Assembly: GCA_035934555.1 (NCBI GenBank)
Contig: DASYXT010000039.1
Span: 50,643 to 114,642 of the forward strand
Direction of reading: 5' to 3'
Source: Verrucomicrobiia bacterium
GTDB lineage: Bacteria > Verrucomicrobiota > Verrucomicrobiia > Limisphaerales > UBA8199
Length of the DNA stretch: 64,000 bases
In this document: positions 1-10,276 of the stretch, piece after piece
Layout of the letters: every line of letters begins with the position of its first letter
How positions within the stretch are numbered: the stretch's first letter is position 1
The notes under the pieces: generated by a model
Seen by the model: only the letters and a program-made list of their open reading frames with translations
Databases searched by the model: none
Told to the model about the DNA's origin: nothing
Translations under genes and position numbers: made by a program

Positions 1-1989
1 TGCTCGCCATTGTGCAAAGCCAAGGCCGATTCCCATGGCCTTGAGGTGCCCATCTATGAAGGCCAGCGGTCGCGCGTCGAGGCCAGGCAATGGCGCAAAG
101 TGGTCTGGGGCGGCAGTGCCTTGGCCACAGTAGCTGCCTTGCTCCTCGGTTTTTGGTTTTGGTACGCCTGGTTCGGCTGCATGCCGCATGTGGTTTTTTC
201 CGTGAAGTTCCCCGACCGCGAATACGCCGGCCAATCCGTTTTGTGCGGGCCCGGCAATAAGGAAATTGTGTTCCTGCACGGCGGCACGCTGGCGCGCTAC
301 AAACTCAGCGGGCAGCCGGTCTGGTCGGTCCAGGTGCTTGATACCAACCTTTTCCTTAAGCAAGCCCAGGAGGAGATTAATGCCATTCAGGCCAGCAATG
401 GACGATTAATCCAGAACGGCGGTGAGGACCTTATCCGCATTCCGCCGATGGACAAACTGATCGAGCAAGCCGAGCGGTCCGCAGAATCCGAGTTGTCGTT
501 ATACGTCAATGGCCAAAATGTCTGGGTGGCATCACCGGGCAAAGTCACCCGTTACGATTGGCAGTCGGGCAAAGCGACCCAGGACCTCACGGTGCCCGAG
601 GGTTACGGCGGCCTGATCTCGCGAAGCAATGAATTATTAGTGGTCGATGTGCGGGCGCGGCGGCCGCTCGTCACGAGCATCGACCTGGCCAACGGCGTTT
701 GCCGCACCGACGACCTCTCCGGGTCGGGTACAACGGTGCTCGCGGGGAATCAGTCCAATTCGGCAGCCGCCTCGAACCATGGCGGCGCAACGGCTGGCCT
801 GCCCATCGGGATGCCCGGCAAAGACATGGATAAACCAATGGACCCGGGGCGGATCGCGGAGGAAGTTTCGCATCTCTCAACGCCGGCCCGCATCGCTTTA
901 CCGGCGGTTATCGCTAACAGCATGAGCCAGGAGCGTACGCTGGCTGCGCTCAAGGACGACGGCAAATCCAAACAAACACCGGCCACGGTTGACTCGGGCA
1001 CAGGTTCCAGTTTGACTCTGATTCCCACCAAGGACGGCTTTGTCCAGTTCTCGGTTAAGCTGCTCGAATCGCGCATGGTCGAGCGCAGCGCGATGAAACC
1101 TGCCTCGGGTAAATCCGCTCTCGACGGGAATGTCAGCGCCGGCCGCAGCCTTGAAGTCTCCCAGGAACTGCTCAATGAAATGCAGCGCGAACGCGGCGGC
1201 GATAAAGTGCTGGATAACGAAAGCCGCTACCAGGTCACGCTCCGGAAACCCGGTTCAACCGAGTCCTGGACCGGCGAAGTGGTCGGGCCGCCGCAACTGT
1301 TCCCGCTCGACACGGTCAACGTGCTGACCGCCAATCGCATGGTGATGGTGTTCGACAAATCCAACCAGAAGCTGTGGCAAAGTTCCCTCAGCCATAATGT
1401 GGTTCGCGGTCTCGACGCGTTGGACGAGGCCAGCGCAACTTACGGCTTAGGCCCGTGCGTCCAACATAAGGGCACGCTGTACGTTTTCGATGAGGCGGTG
1501 CTGACGGCGTTTGATTTGGCGACCGGCAACGTCCGGTGGCGTTATCCGTCGGTGGGAATTGCCGGGTTGTTTTTCGACGACGATGACAACATCTACGTCA
1601 ATACCACCACCGCCAGTCCGGACAGCATCAAGTACTCGCGGCAGATCGATCTGTCCGATAAAGCCAATAACCAGGTAGTCAAACTGGAGCCCAAAACCGG
1701 CCGCGTGCTATGGAATGTGCAGCCCGGCGGTCTGGTTAACTACGTGCACGGGAAGATCATTCTGGTGGTCCAATCCTATTCGCCTGGTGATGACGACCAG
1801 AGCTCAAACCCGATGTCGGACTTTCAAGCGCCGCCTCACTTGCGTATCCGCCGCATCAATGCGCGCAATGGCGAAGAAATTTGGGAATATTATCAACAGC
1901 GCGCGCCGCTCGACGTTGCCTTCAGCGGTAACACCGTGCGCCTGGTGTTTCGCAAAGAGGTGCAGGTCCTCAAGTTCATGAGCTTTTGA
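1..1989 (+). CDS. Membrane-anchored PQQ-like/BamB-like beta-propeller repeat protein; the 5' end is probably outside the window
   Basis: The frame is open from base 1 (CSPLCKAK...), so the TTG at 10 is only a nominal start. There is one TM helix (WGGSALATVAALLLGFWFWYAWF). The C-terminal half has recurring G-x-V/I-W-x-Y/V turns (GNVRWRY, GRVLWNV, GEEIWEY) typical of PQQ-like propellers. Confidence 0.5.
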   Translation, partial: CSPLCKAKADSHGLEVPIYEGQRSRVEARQWRKVVWGGSALATVAALLLGFWFWYAWFGCMPHVVFSVKFPDREYAGQSVLCGPGNKEIVFLHGGTLARYKLSGQPVWSVQVLDTNLFLKQAQEEINAIQASNGRLIQNGGEDLIRIPPMDKLIEQAERSAESELSLYVNGQNVWVASPGKVTRYDWQSGKATQDLTVPEGYGGLISRSNELLVVDVRARRPLVTSIDLANGVCRTDDLSGSGTTVLAGNQSNSAAASNHGGATAGLPIGMPGKDMDKPMDPGRIAEEVSHLSTPARIALPAVIANSMSQERTLAALKDDGKSKQTPATVDSGTGSSLTLIPTKDGFVQFSVKLLESRMVERSAMKPASGKSALDGNVSAGRSLEVSQELLNEMQRERGGDKVLDNESRYQVTLRKPGSTESWTGEVVGPPQLFPLDTVNVLTANRMVMVFDKSNQKLWQSSLSHNVVRGLDALDEASATYGLGPCVQHKGTLYVFDEAVLTAFDLATGNVRWRYPSVGIAGLFFDDDDNIYVNTTTASPDSIKYSRQIDLSDKANNQVVKLEPKTGRVLWNVQPGGLVNYVHGKIILVVQSYSPGDDDQSSNPMSDFQAPPHLRIRRINARNGEEIWEYYQQRAPLDVAFSGNTVRLVFRKEVQVLKFMSF

Positions 1990-3544
1990 GCGCGCGGGTT
2001 TTCCTTAGCCTGAGCACGCGCTGAATCGCCGGCGGAATCTCTTCGGTGCGATGCGTCACGTAAATCACGGTCGTCAGTCCGGATTGCACCAGGTCATTCA
2101 CCGTCCGAATAAACAACTCCCGGTGGGGCGCATCCAGCCCCTGGCAAGGTTCGTCCAGCAGCAGCAACGGGGGATGTTTAACCAGCGCTCGGGCCAGCAA
2201 TGTCATTCGTTGCTGACCGGTTGAGAGCGCAAAGAGCTCCGTGTCGGCAAAGGGCGCCAAATCGAAACGCCGCAGCCAACAAAGCACCGTGGCGCGCTGG
2301 GATGGCGTTACCGGCTGAAACAGCCCGATAGTGTCGCGGAAACCTGACGCCACGACGTCGAAACAGGTGGCGCTCGAATCAAAGTGGACATGCAACTCGG
2401 GCGAGACCGAACCGATGCGCTGTTTGAGCTGCCAGATGGACTCGCCGGGTCCGCGGCGTTTCCCGAACACGCGCACCTCGTTGCCATAGGCCTGCGGATG
2501 ATCGCCTTGGATGAGGCTGAGCAGCGTGGTTTTGCCTGAGCCATTGGGACCCAGCAACGCCCAGCTTTCGCCCGCTCGCACCCGCCAGTTCAAATTGTGC
2601 AGAATAACGGTCACGCCGTAACGAACGGTTATATTGCGCAACTCAACCAATGGCCGGCCGTGATCCCCGTCCAGCTCGAGCCGAGCCGAATTTGTCTCTG
2701 CCGGCTTTGTTGCCGCAGGCGGAGAAAACCACCGCGACTTCGCTGACCTGAGCGTGGCATTGATGCGTGCGGAGATTTCGGTGTCGGCGAGCCGGCCGGC
2801 TGCGAGCACGCGGCAGTCTTCGAGCCAAAGTGCGTGGGTGATGTGTCGCGGCAGGTCCTGGATGCGTGTGGTAATCACCAGCACCGGCAGACCACCTGCC
2901 ATTAGCCGCTCGAGGATGCGGCGGAAATGGACGCGGTTCCGAGTGTCCAGGCCCGCGAAGGGCTCGTCGAGAATAAGCAAGCGCAAGGGCTGGCACAACG
3001 CGCGCGCCAACTGCACCCGCTGGCGTTCGCCATTCGAAAGCGACAACAATGCGCGCTTGTAGAACGGATCGAGCTCAAGCAGTTTTGACACCCGCGCCAG
3101 CCGCCGGGCAAAACCGTGGCGTGCGCGCGCCGCATCCGGCGTCACCTCATAGGGATTGATCTCCATCACGGTCTCGTAGGACAGAAACTCGCGCACCGGG
3201 ACTGCCGAATCCTGTTCCAGACTGTTCCAGCGTGACTGCACTACCGTCTCGTGCAAGTTCAACCGGCGTTCTTCAAACGAGACGTGGCCGAGCGATTGCT
3301 CCGCCGTGCGCCCCGGCGGCGGACGGAAGTGGTAAAGCAATTCACCCTGCACGAGTGGCAATGCGCCTCGCAATGCGTCGCCGAACAATGATTTGCCTCC
3401 CCCATTTGGCCCCAACACGGCCCAATGCTCGCCTTGCTGAAAAGTCCACGACGTTTTGCACAACACTAACCGGTCGCCGAGCCGGAACGTGGCGTTGCAC
3501 AAAGACAGGAAGCGGCGGGGCGGGTAGAATCGGCCGGTGCGCAT
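1976..3544 (-). CDS. modF: ABC transporter ATP-binding protein with two NBDs, ModF-like
   Basis: Two Walker A motifs (GPNGGGKS, GPNGSGKTT) and two signature-like motifs (LSNGERQRV, LSTGQQRM). The second half is closely collinear with E. coli ModF as I remember it (LLSLIxGDHPQxY...FGxRRGxGExIW...LVKHPxLLxLDEPxQGLD). Start chosen at the internal Met (MRTGRF...); the ORF track extends to 3643. Confidence 0.75.
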   Translation of the reverse strand: MRTGRFYPPRRFLSLCNATFRLGDRLVLCKTSWTFQQGEHWAVLGPNGGGKSLFGDALRGALPLVQGELLYHFRPPPGRTAEQSLGHVSFEERRLNLHETVVQSRWNSLEQDSAVPVREFLSYETVMEINPYEVTPDAARARHGFARRLARVSKLLELDPFYKRALLSLSNGERQRVQLARALCQPLRLLILDEPFAGLDTRNRVHFRRILERLMAGGLPVLVITTRIQDLPRHITHALWLEDCRVLAAGRLADTEISARINATLRSAKSRWFSPPAATKPAETNSARLELDGDHGRPLVELRNITVRYGVTVILHNLNWRVRAGESWALLGPNGSGKTTLLSLIQGDHPQAYGNEVRVFGKRRGPGESIWQLKQRIGSVSPELHVHFDSSATCFDVVASGFRDTIGLFQPVTPSQRATVLCWLRRFDLAPFADTELFALSTGQQRMTLLARALVKHPPLLLLDEPCQGLDAPHRELFIRTVNDLVQSGLTTVIYVTHRTEEIPPAIQRVLRLRKTRALKSS

Positions 3545-3697
3545 CAGAATAAGCCATGACTTTGTGCGGAACTCACTTTGAGAGCCTCTCAAAGCGCTGC
3601 GCCTCTGACAACTGTTCTTGCCTGCCGTTAGTGCAGGTTCCACTTACGTTGACATGCGCGGCGGGCTTGTGTAGCTTGGCGCGAGTCGAATCGAGTT

Positions 3698-4318
3698 ATG
3701 AATTCGATGTTGAGCCAACATGTTCTGGTGCTCAACCGCCTTTGGCAGGCGGTCAATGTCTGCACTGTTCGCAGGGCGCTGACCTTGCTTTTTCAGGGCC
3801 ACGCCCAGGTTGTGCTCAACCGTCCCGATGGCTCCTTCCAGACCTATAACTTCTCCGAGTGGCGCGATGTTTCGGTTCAGGAGCACGATACCGACTCCAT
3901 TCGCACTGTCTCATTTCGCATGCGACTGCCCCGGGTCATCCTCCTGCTGGTGTATGATCATCTGCCCAAAAAAGAGGTGAAGTTCACCCGGCACAACATT
4001 TTCGAACGCGACAAAAACACTTGCCAGTACTGCGGCAAGACCTGCGATCGCAAGGACCTGAATCTGGATCATGTGACTCCGCGGGACCGCGGTGGACCCA
4101 CGACGTGGGAGAACATTGTCTGCTCGTGCATCGAGTGCAATACGCTAAAAGCCAATCGCACGCCGCAGGAAGCCGGCCTGCATCTGATCCGCAAACCCAA
4201 GCGGCCCAAGTGGCGGCCGTTCGTGCAGATCAACTTCAGCTTGTACCAGCATGATAGTTGGAAGCACTTTGTTGACTTGGCCTACTGGAATGTCGAGTTG
4301 GGCGAGGACGTCGGTTAG
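3698..4318 (+). CDS. HNH endonuclease family protein
   Basis: HNH/zinc motif CQYCG...LNLDHVTPRDRGGPTTWENIVCSCIECNTLKANR. Confidence 0.8.
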   Translation: MNSMLSQHVLVLNRLWQAVNVCTVRRALTLLFQGHAQVVLNRPDGSFQTYNFSEWRDVSVQEHDTDSIRTVSFRMRLPRVILLLVYDHLPKKEVKFTRHNIFERDKNTCQYCGKTCDRKDLNLDHVTPRDRGGPTTWENIVCSCIECNTLKANRTPQEAGLHLIRKPKRPKWRPFVQINFSLYQHDSWKHFVDLAYWNVELGEDVG

Positions 4319-4411
4319 GCCGGTCCCCGAAGCGGCTCGCTGCGGCCCGAGTAAGCGTCCTGTGCTTTTTCGAAGTGACAAATCTCAGGCAGGATTTGAC
4401 CATGGTACGAT

Positions 4412-6139
4412 ATGTGTTTGGGACCTGCTTTAGCACGCCGTTCATTTCTCAAGGCGGTCGGCGTTGCGGGAGCCGGGTTGACTCTGGCGCCCTTTGCGGT
4501 TCGGAGAGCTTCAGCCCAAACGACTGCCCCCGCGGGTGGTCCACATGAACTCAGTGCGGACCTCGTAATCATTGGCGGTGGGTTGGGCGGTTGCGCCGCC
4601 GCGCTCGCTGCCGCACGCCATGGCTTGCGGGTGATCCTGACGGAGGAGACGGACTGGATCGGCGGCCAACTGACGGCGCAAGCCATTCCACCCGACGAAA
4701 ACCCATGGATTGAAACCTTCGGCGGCACGCGCAGTTATCTCGATTTGCGCCGGCGCATTCGCGAGTTTTACCTGCGCAATTTTCCGCTGACGGCCGAGGC
4801 GCGAGCCAAGCCGTTTCTCAATCCGGGCAACGGCTGGGTGTCGCGCCTGTGCCACGAACCGCGCGTGTCCCTGGCGGTGCTTAACGAACTGTTTGCGCCC
4901 TACATTGCCGGTCAGCGCGTCCAGATTTTTCTCCGGCACAAGGCCCTGGAAGCCGCGGTCGAGCACGACCGGGTTGAAGCGGTGCGGGTCCGCAGCCTGG
5001 AGTCGGGCCACGATTTGATCTTACGCGCGCCGTGGTTCGCCGATGCGACGGAAACCGGTGAGCTACTGCCTTTGGCGAAGGCGGAATATGTGACCGGGGC
5101 CGAGTCGCGGAAGCAAACGGGAGAACCGCATGCGGCAGTCGAGGCCGCGCCCCAGAACATGCAGGCCTTCACCGCTTGTTTCGCGCTGGACTATCTCGAG
5201 GGCGAAGACCACACGATTGACAAGCCGGCTCAATACGCGTTCTGGCGCGACTTTGTTCCCAAGTTAAATCCGCCTTGGACCGGCCGGCTTTTTGCCTGGG
5301 AGTATTGTGATCCACAAACGTTAAAACCGAAGGTGGTTGAAACCGATCCCGCCAAAGGGACCGGCTTGTGGTCGTACCGCCGGATTGCGGATCGGACGCA
5401 ATTCGCGCCGGGCACCTACGCGGCGGATATTACACTGGTCAACTGGCCGCAAAATGATTACCTGCTCGGAAACCCCTATGAGGCAACTCCGGAAGAGGTT
5501 AGTCGCCACCTGGCTGGTGCGAAGCAATTAAGCTTAAGCCTCGTTTATTGGCTCCAGACGGACGCGCCGCGGCCGGATGGTGGCACCGGTTGGAAAGGCA
5601 TTCGCTTGCGCCCGGATGTGGTCGGCACCGAGGACGGCCTGGCCAAGTATCCTTACATTCGCGAAAGCCGCCGCATTCGCGCCGAGTTTACTATCCTCGA
5701 GCAACACGTTTCGACCGAGTTCCGCATGAAGGAAACCGGCGCCGCGCGGGACGCGGTCACCGCCGCACGCTTTGCGGATTCGGTGGGCGTCGGTTGTTAC
5801 CGGATTGATTTGCATCCCAGCACCGGCGGGAATAATTCGATCGACATCAGCTCGCTGCCGTTTCAAATCCCCTTGGGCGCGCTGGTGCCGCAGCGGCTGG
5901 AAAACCTGCTGCCGGCGTGCAAAAACCTTGGCGTGACGCATATCAGCAACGGCTGTTACCGCCTGCATCCAGTCGAGTGGAACATTGGCGAAGCCGTGGG
6001 AGTGCTCACCGCATTTTGCCTGCACCACAAAACGATTCCGCGGGCGGTCCGGCAAGATTCCGACTTGTTGCACGGGTTGCAAACTGCGCTTACCGAGGAT
6101 GGCGTGCCGCTCCATTGGCCAAAAATCAATCCCGTCTAA
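4412..6139 (+). CDS. Tat-exported FAD-dependent oxidoreductase
   Basis: Twin-arginine signal (ARRSFLKAVGVAGAG). Rossmann dinucleotide motif DLVIIGGGLGGCAAALAAARHG. Confidence 0.75.
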   Translation: MCLGPALARRSFLKAVGVAGAGLTLAPFAVRRASAQTTAPAGGPHELSADLVIIGGGLGGCAAALAAARHGLRVILTEETDWIGGQLTAQAIPPDENPWIETFGGTRSYLDLRRRIREFYLRNFPLTAEARAKPFLNPGNGWVSRLCHEPRVSLAVLNELFAPYIAGQRVQIFLRHKALEAAVEHDRVEAVRVRSLESGHDLILRAPWFADATETGELLPLAKAEYVTGAESRKQTGEPHAAVEAAPQNMQAFTACFALDYLEGEDHTIDKPAQYAFWRDFVPKLNPPWTGRLFAWEYCDPQTLKPKVVETDPAKGTGLWSYRRIADRTQFAPGTYAADITLVNWPQNDYLLGNPYEATPEEVSRHLAGAKQLSLSLVYWLQTDAPRPDGGTGWKGIRLRPDVVGTEDGLAKYPYIRESRRIRAEFTILEQHVSTEFRMKETGAARDAVTAARFADSVGVGCYRIDLHPSTGGNNSIDISSLPFQIPLGALVPQRLENLLPACKNLGVTHISNGCYRLHPVEWNIGEAVGVLTAFCLHHKTIPRAVRQDSDLLHGLQTALTEDGVPLHWPKINPV

Positions 6140-6145
6140 AGCTCG

Positions 6146-6469
6146 ATGAATGCTACGCTGCTGGTGGTGCTGGTGACCGCGCCCAATTTGCGCGTGGCGC
6201 GCCGGTTGGCACGCGCCGCGCTGAAGGCGCGCCTGGCGGCCTGTGCAAACCTGGTGCCGGGTATTGAATCGCAGTATCATTGGCAGGGAAAAATAGAGTC
6301 TGCGAAGGAGGTGCTGCTCGTGCTGAAAACCACCCGGCCATGCGTCAAGGCGCTCGAGCGGTTGCTCCTGGGGCTGCACCCGTATGACACCCCGGAATTC
6401 GTGGTCCTGCCGGTGCAAAGTGCGGCGCGCAAGTACCGTGATTGGTGGTGCCAGGCTTTGGCCCGCTGA
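6146..6469 (+). CDS. cutA: Divalent-cation tolerance protein CutA
   Basis: 107 aa. CutA1-like pattern (VLVTAP...A..LA..L...RLAACANL.P.IES.Y.WQGKIE...E..L.LKT....LHPYD.PE). Confidence 0.8.
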   Translation: MNATLLVVLVTAPNLRVARRLARAALKARLAACANLVPGIESQYHWQGKIESAKEVLLVLKTTRPCVKALERLLLGLHPYDTPEFVVLPVQSAARKYRDWWCQALAR

Positions 6470-6581
6470 GCGCGGGTTGGGGCCCAGAATTTTCATCCGC
6501 TTTCCAGCGCCTTGCTTTAGCTTGGGTTTCTGGGGGGCAAGCCATAAGTCAAGGAAGCCGGGTTAGACACATTATCTTATG

Positions 6582-6594
6582 TGACATGATGTCA
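6582..6594. promoter_or_regulatory. Perfect 6-1-6 palindrome TGACATgATGTCA in the AT-rich hox upstream region; candidate operator
   Basis: Read directly. It lies about 125 bp upstream of the hoxE ATG, inside a locally AT-rich stretch (ttatcttatgtgacatgatgtcaaaaaaagtttatc) in an otherwise GC-rich genome. Confidence 0.3.
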
Positions 6595-6718
6595 AAAAAA
6601 GTTTATCAAATCGCAATCCACGCGCAGCCGAGGGGCAGCCCACCCCTTAGTTTGCTGCGTGGGCTTGGAGACGGTCGGCACCTGAAAGAGGGAAGACCTG
6701 CCAGACCCACAAGGCAAT

Positions 6719-7249
6719 ATGATGGCATTTGTGGCAAAGAAACAGGACCGGCTGCCCAGAATCCTGGAGCATGCCAGCGGCGACAAGCGCTTCAAAATCC
6801 TCGAAGCGCACATGAAGAAGTACCAGTTCAAGCAGGACGCGTTGATCGAGGTGCTGCACAAGGCGCAGGAGTTGTTCGGTTATCTCGAAGACGATCTGCT
6901 GCTGTTCATTGGGTACAAACTCAAGCTGCCCGCCAGCCGGGTGTATGGCGTCGCGACGTTTTATCATTTCTTTACTCTTAAACCCAAAGGCCGGCACACG
7001 TGCGTCGTTTGCATGGGCACCGCGTGTTATGTGCGCGGGGCAGACAAGCTGCTGGAAGCGGTGGAACAAAAGACCGGGGTCAAAGCAGGCGAAACCACCC
7101 TTGATAACGAGGTGTCGCTGCTGACGGCCCGTTGCATTGGGGCGTGCGGCATAGCGCCGGCGGTTGTTTATGACGGCGCGGTGACACCGCGGCAAACCCC
7201 CGCTTCGGCCCTGGAGCATTTGAAAGGATGGCTCGATCATGGTCATTGA
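6719..7249 (+). CDS. hoxE: Bidirectional [NiFe] hydrogenase diaphorase subunit HoxE (NuoE-like 2Fe-2S)
   Basis: NuoE-type cysteines ([15 protein letters not shown] ... [11 protein letters not shown]). First gene of the hoxEFUYH order. Confidence 0.85.
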   Translation: MMAFVAKKQDRLPRILEHASGDKRFKILEAHMKKYQFKQDALIEVLHKAQELFGYLEDDLLLFIGYKLKLPASRVYGVATFYHFFTLKPKGRHTCVVCMGTACYVRGADKLLEAVEQKTGVKAGETTLDNEVSLLTARCIGACGIAPAVVYDGAVTPRQTPASALEHLKGWLDHGH

Positions 7250-8921
7250 CGATCTAAATGAGATTGCCGAGAAGGAGCGCGCCGCGCGCAAGCCCTACAC
7301 ATTCCGCGTCTGCCTTGCCGCGGGCTGCATGTCTTCCAATTCCAAAGGTGTCAAAGAGGCATTGGAAAAAGCGGTGAAGGAGGCGGGGCTCGAAGACCAG
7401 GTGGAAGTGCGCGGGGTCGGCTGCATGAAACTGTGCTGCCAGGGGCCGCTGGTGCAATTGGACGCCGACGGCCACGGCGCCACCGTTCAGATACAATCCG
7501 CCACCGGAACCGGCCCGTTATACGAGAAGGTCACGCCGGAAGATGCGGCGTCACTCGTCGCCACGCTCAAGGGCGGCGCTACCACAGTGGAGCAAGGGAA
7601 CCCCAAACTTCCCTTCTTTACCGAGCAGTTTTCGCTGGTGCTGGCAAATAGCGGTTATGTCAATCCCGAGCGAATTGAATCCTATATCGCAGCGGAAGGC
7701 TACCAGGCGCTGCACGATGTGCTGCGGGAAATGACGCCAAAGGATGTCGTGGAGGCGATGATCAAGAGCGGGCTGCGCGGCCGCGGCGGCGCCGGTTACC
7801 CGACCGGACTCAAATGGGCGACGGTGGCCAAGACCGTGAGCCAGCAAAAATATGTGATTTGCAATGCTGACGAGGGCGACCCCGGGGCATTCATGGACCG
7901 CAGTGTCCTGGAGAGTGACCCGCATAGCGTGCTGGAAGGTATGGCCGTGGCAGCTTACGCGGTGGGCGCCAACCAGGGATTTATTTACGTGCGCGCGGAG
8001 TATCCGCTGGCGATTGCGCGGCTGCAAACGGCGATTAAGCAGGCCAAGCAGCTCGGGCTATTGGGCAGCGGCATTTTCGAGTCGCCCTTCAACTTCAACA
8101 TCGATCTGCGGATTGGGGCCGGGGCATTTGTGTGCGGCGAGGAGACGGCGCTGATGGCGTCGATTGAAGGCAAACGCGGAACGCCGCGGCCGCGGCCGCC
8201 TTTCCCGGCGGAGAGCGGCCTGTACAGTTCGCCGACCCTGATTAACAATGTGGAAACATTCGCCAATGTGCCGCCGATCATCCGGAAAGGGGCGGATTGG
8301 TTCGCGGCGATTGGCACCGAAAAGAGCAAGGGCACCAAGGTGTTTGCGTTGGCGGGCAAGATCACCAACACGGGGCTGATCGAAGTGCCGATGGGCACGA
8401 CCTTGCGCAAGATTGTTGAACAAATGGGCGGGGGCGCCCCCAACGGCAGGAAGATCAAAGCCGTTCAAACCGGCGGCCCCTCCGGCGGCTGCATCCCGGC
8501 CGATGCACTCGATACGCCGGTGGATTACGACTCGCTCAATAAGCTGGGGTCCATTATGGGCTCCGGCGGCATGATCGTGATGGATGATTCGACGCAAATG
8601 GTCGATGTCGCGCGCTTCTTCATGGAATTCTGCATGGACGAGTCCTGCGGGAAATGTGTGCCTTGCCGGACCGGGACGGTGCAGATGCACCATTTATTGA
8701 CCAAGTTGCTGGCGCGCAAAGCGACGATCCGCGACCTGCGGCTGCTCGAGGAGTTGTGTGACATGGTGAAGAACACCAGCTTGTGCGGCCTGGGCCAGAC
8801 CGCTCCCAATCCGGTGCTGAGCACCTTGCGCTATTTCCGCAAGGAATACACGGACCTGCTGGCCAAGGATGTTTTTGGGCCGAACGGACATACCCTGGAA
8901 AAGAGCGGAGTGACGGAATGA
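7239..8921 (+). CDS. hoxF: Diaphorase subunit HoxF (NuoF-like NAD(P)H/FMN-binding subunit)
   Basis: N-terminal thioredoxin-like 2Fe-2S region, [13 protein letters not shown], and the 4Fe-4S motif [12 protein letters not shown]. It overlaps hoxE by 11 nt. Confidence 0.9.
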   Translation: MVIDDLNEIAEKERAARKPYTFRVCLAAGCMSSNSKGVKEALEKAVKEAGLEDQVEVRGVGCMKLCCQGPLVQLDADGHGATVQIQSATGTGPLYEKVTPEDAASLVATLKGGATTVEQGNPKLPFFTEQFSLVLANSGYVNPERIESYIAAEGYQALHDVLREMTPKDVVEAMIKSGLRGRGGAGYPTGLKWATVAKTVSQQKYVICNADEGDPGAFMDRSVLESDPHSVLEGMAVAAYAVGANQGFIYVRAEYPLAIARLQTAIKQAKQLGLLGSGIFESPFNFNIDLRIGAGAFVCGEETALMASIEGKRGTPRPRPPFPAESGLYSSPTLINNVETFANVPPIIRKGADWFAAIGTEKSKGTKVFALAGKITNTGLIEVPMGTTLRKIVEQMGGGAPNGRKIKAVQTGGPSGGCIPADALDTPVDYDSLNKLGSIMGSGGMIVMDDSTQMVDVARFFMEFCMDESCGKCVPCRTGTVQMHHLLTKLLARKATIRDLRLLEELCDMVKNTSLCGLGQTAPNPVLSTLRYFRKEYTDLLAKDVFGPNGHTLEKSGVTE

Positions 8922-8948
8922 ACATCCAACGTCCAACTTCAACACCGA
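8921..8948. repeat. Heptad-phased repeat (aacatcc aacgtcc aacttca acaccga) in the hoxF-hoxU spacer
   Basis: 7-bp periodicity read directly. The reverse complement reads gTTGAAG TTGGACG TTGGATG, the same TTGnnnn heptad type as at 26571, 26795 and 29969. Confidence 0.4.
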
Positions 8949-8954
8949 AGTGAT

Positions 8955-9671
8955 ATGGCAGCAAAAACTTTAACCATCGACGGCAAGCAAATCAGCGCGG
9001 ACGAAAACGCCAGCATTTTGGAAGCGGCGACCGAAGCCGGGATCAAGATCCCAACGCTTTGCCACCTGGAAGGGGTGTACGACGTTGGGGCCTGCCGCTT
9101 GTGCCTGGTGGAAGTCACTGGGATTGCCAAGTTGCTGCCGGCGTGCACCACCCGCGTCAACGAGGGCATGGAGGTGCGCACCGATAGTGAGCGTCTGCGC
9201 CGGTACCGGCGGATGACGCTCGAACTGCTTTTCGCCGAGCGCAATCATGTTTGTGCGGTGTGCGTGGCCAACGGGCACTGCGAGCTGCAAACCCTCGCCT
9301 ACACCCACGGCATGGACCACGTGCGGTTCAGTTATCAGTTTCCGAAATGGGAGGTCGATGATACCCATCCGCTGTTCGGGATGGACCACAACCGCTGCGT
9401 GCTGTGTACCCGTTGTGTGCGCGTCTGCTGGCACATTGAAGGGGCTGGCACCAAGAACGTTTCGGGCCGCGGCAACCGCGCGCGGATTATCTCCGACCTC
9501 AGCCAGCCCTGGGGCGCCTCGGACTCCTGCACCAAATGCGGCAAGTGCGTCATGGCCTGCCCCACCGGCGCGCTGTTCTATAAGGGCTCAACCGTGGGCG
9601 AAATGGAGCGGGACCGGGACAAACTGGAGTTCATCGTTACGGCCCGGGAGAAGAAACAATGGATCGCTTAG
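8955..9671 (+). CDS. hoxU: Diaphorase subunit HoxU (NuoG N-terminal-like Fe-S protein)
   Basis: 2Fe-2S motif ([19 protein letters not shown]) plus 4Fe-4S motifs ([26 protein letters not shown]). Confidence 0.9.
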   Translation: MAAKTLTIDGKQISADENASILEAATEAGIKIPTLCHLEGVYDVGACRLCLVEVTGIAKLLPACTTRVNEGMEVRTDSERLRRYRRMTLELLFAERNHVCAVCVANGHCELQTLAYTHGMDHVRFSYQFPKWEVDDTHPLFGMDHNRCVLCTRCVRVCWHIEGAGTKNVSGRGNRARIISDLSQPWGASDSCTKCGKCVMACPTGALFYKGSTVGEMERDRDKLEFIVTAREKKQWIA

Positions 9672-9681
9672 CCGCCTGTTT

Positions 9682-10272
9682 ATGGAAACTGTGACCTCAT
9701 CAACAAAGCTGACGGAAGGCCGCGAGCCGGCGTTAAGACTGGCGACCGTCTGGTTGGGCGGCTGCTCCGGTTGCCACATGTCCTTTTTGGATTTGGACGA
9801 ATTTCTCATTGAGCTGGCCGCGCGCGTCGAGCTGGTTTACAGCCCCGTCATGGATGTGAAGGAGTATCCGCAGAACGTGGACGTGTGCCTGGTGGAAGGC
9901 GCGGTCTGCAATCAGGATAACCTGGAATTGATCCGGCGGATTCGGCAGCGCACCAAAGTGGTGGTGGCGTTCGGCGATTGCGCCATTACCGCCAACGTCC
10001 CGGCTTTGCGGAATGAATTAGGGCTGAAGAATGGCGAGAGCGTGTTGCAACGCGCTTACGTCGAAGGCGCGCAGTCCAACCCGACTGTGCCGCGCGAACC
10101 CGGCATCGTCCCGGAATTGCTCGAACTGGTTTTGCCGGTTCAGGACGTAATCCACGTGGATTACTACCTGCCGGGTTGCCCGCCGCCAGCCGAGCGTATC
10201 CGGGCGCTGGTGGATCAAATGCTCCGGGGCACGCCCCCCAAACTGGAGGGTGTACAGCTCAAGTTTGGATAA
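9682..10272 (+). CDS. hoxY: [NiFe] hydrogenase small subunit HoxY
   Basis: An internal ATG in the ORF 9247..10272 gives METVTSS...[21 protein letters not shown] and LPGCPP. The upstream part of that ORF overlaps hoxU out of frame. Confidence 0.85.
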   Translation: METVTSSTKLTEGREPALRLATVWLGGCSGCHMSFLDLDEFLIELAARVELVYSPVMDVKEYPQNVDVCLVEGAVCNQDNLELIRRIRQRTKVVVAFGDCAITANVPALRNELGLKNGESVLQRAYVEGAQSNPTVPREPGIVPELLELVLPVQDVIHVDYYLPGCPPPAERIRALVDQMLRGTPPKLEGVQLKFG

Positions 10273-10276
10273 TTGT

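Noticed and set aside
1976-4318. An ATPase plus HNH nuclease pair that might be a Septu-like defence system.
   Set aside because: The ATPase is a clear two-NBD ModF-type ABC protein rather than a PtuA/AAA15-type protein. The two genes are divergently transcribed rather than in an operon. The HNH protein looks like the widespread stand-alone housekeeping type.
9247-9681. N-terminal extensions of track ORFs: 9247..10272, 40702..41436, 52456..53724, 59251..61719, 37984..38916, 50019..50558 and 19083..20552.
   Set aside because: The extensions overlap the preceding gene or a repeat element and have junk composition. Internal Met codons give proper signal peptides or family N-termini, so the starts were trimmed.
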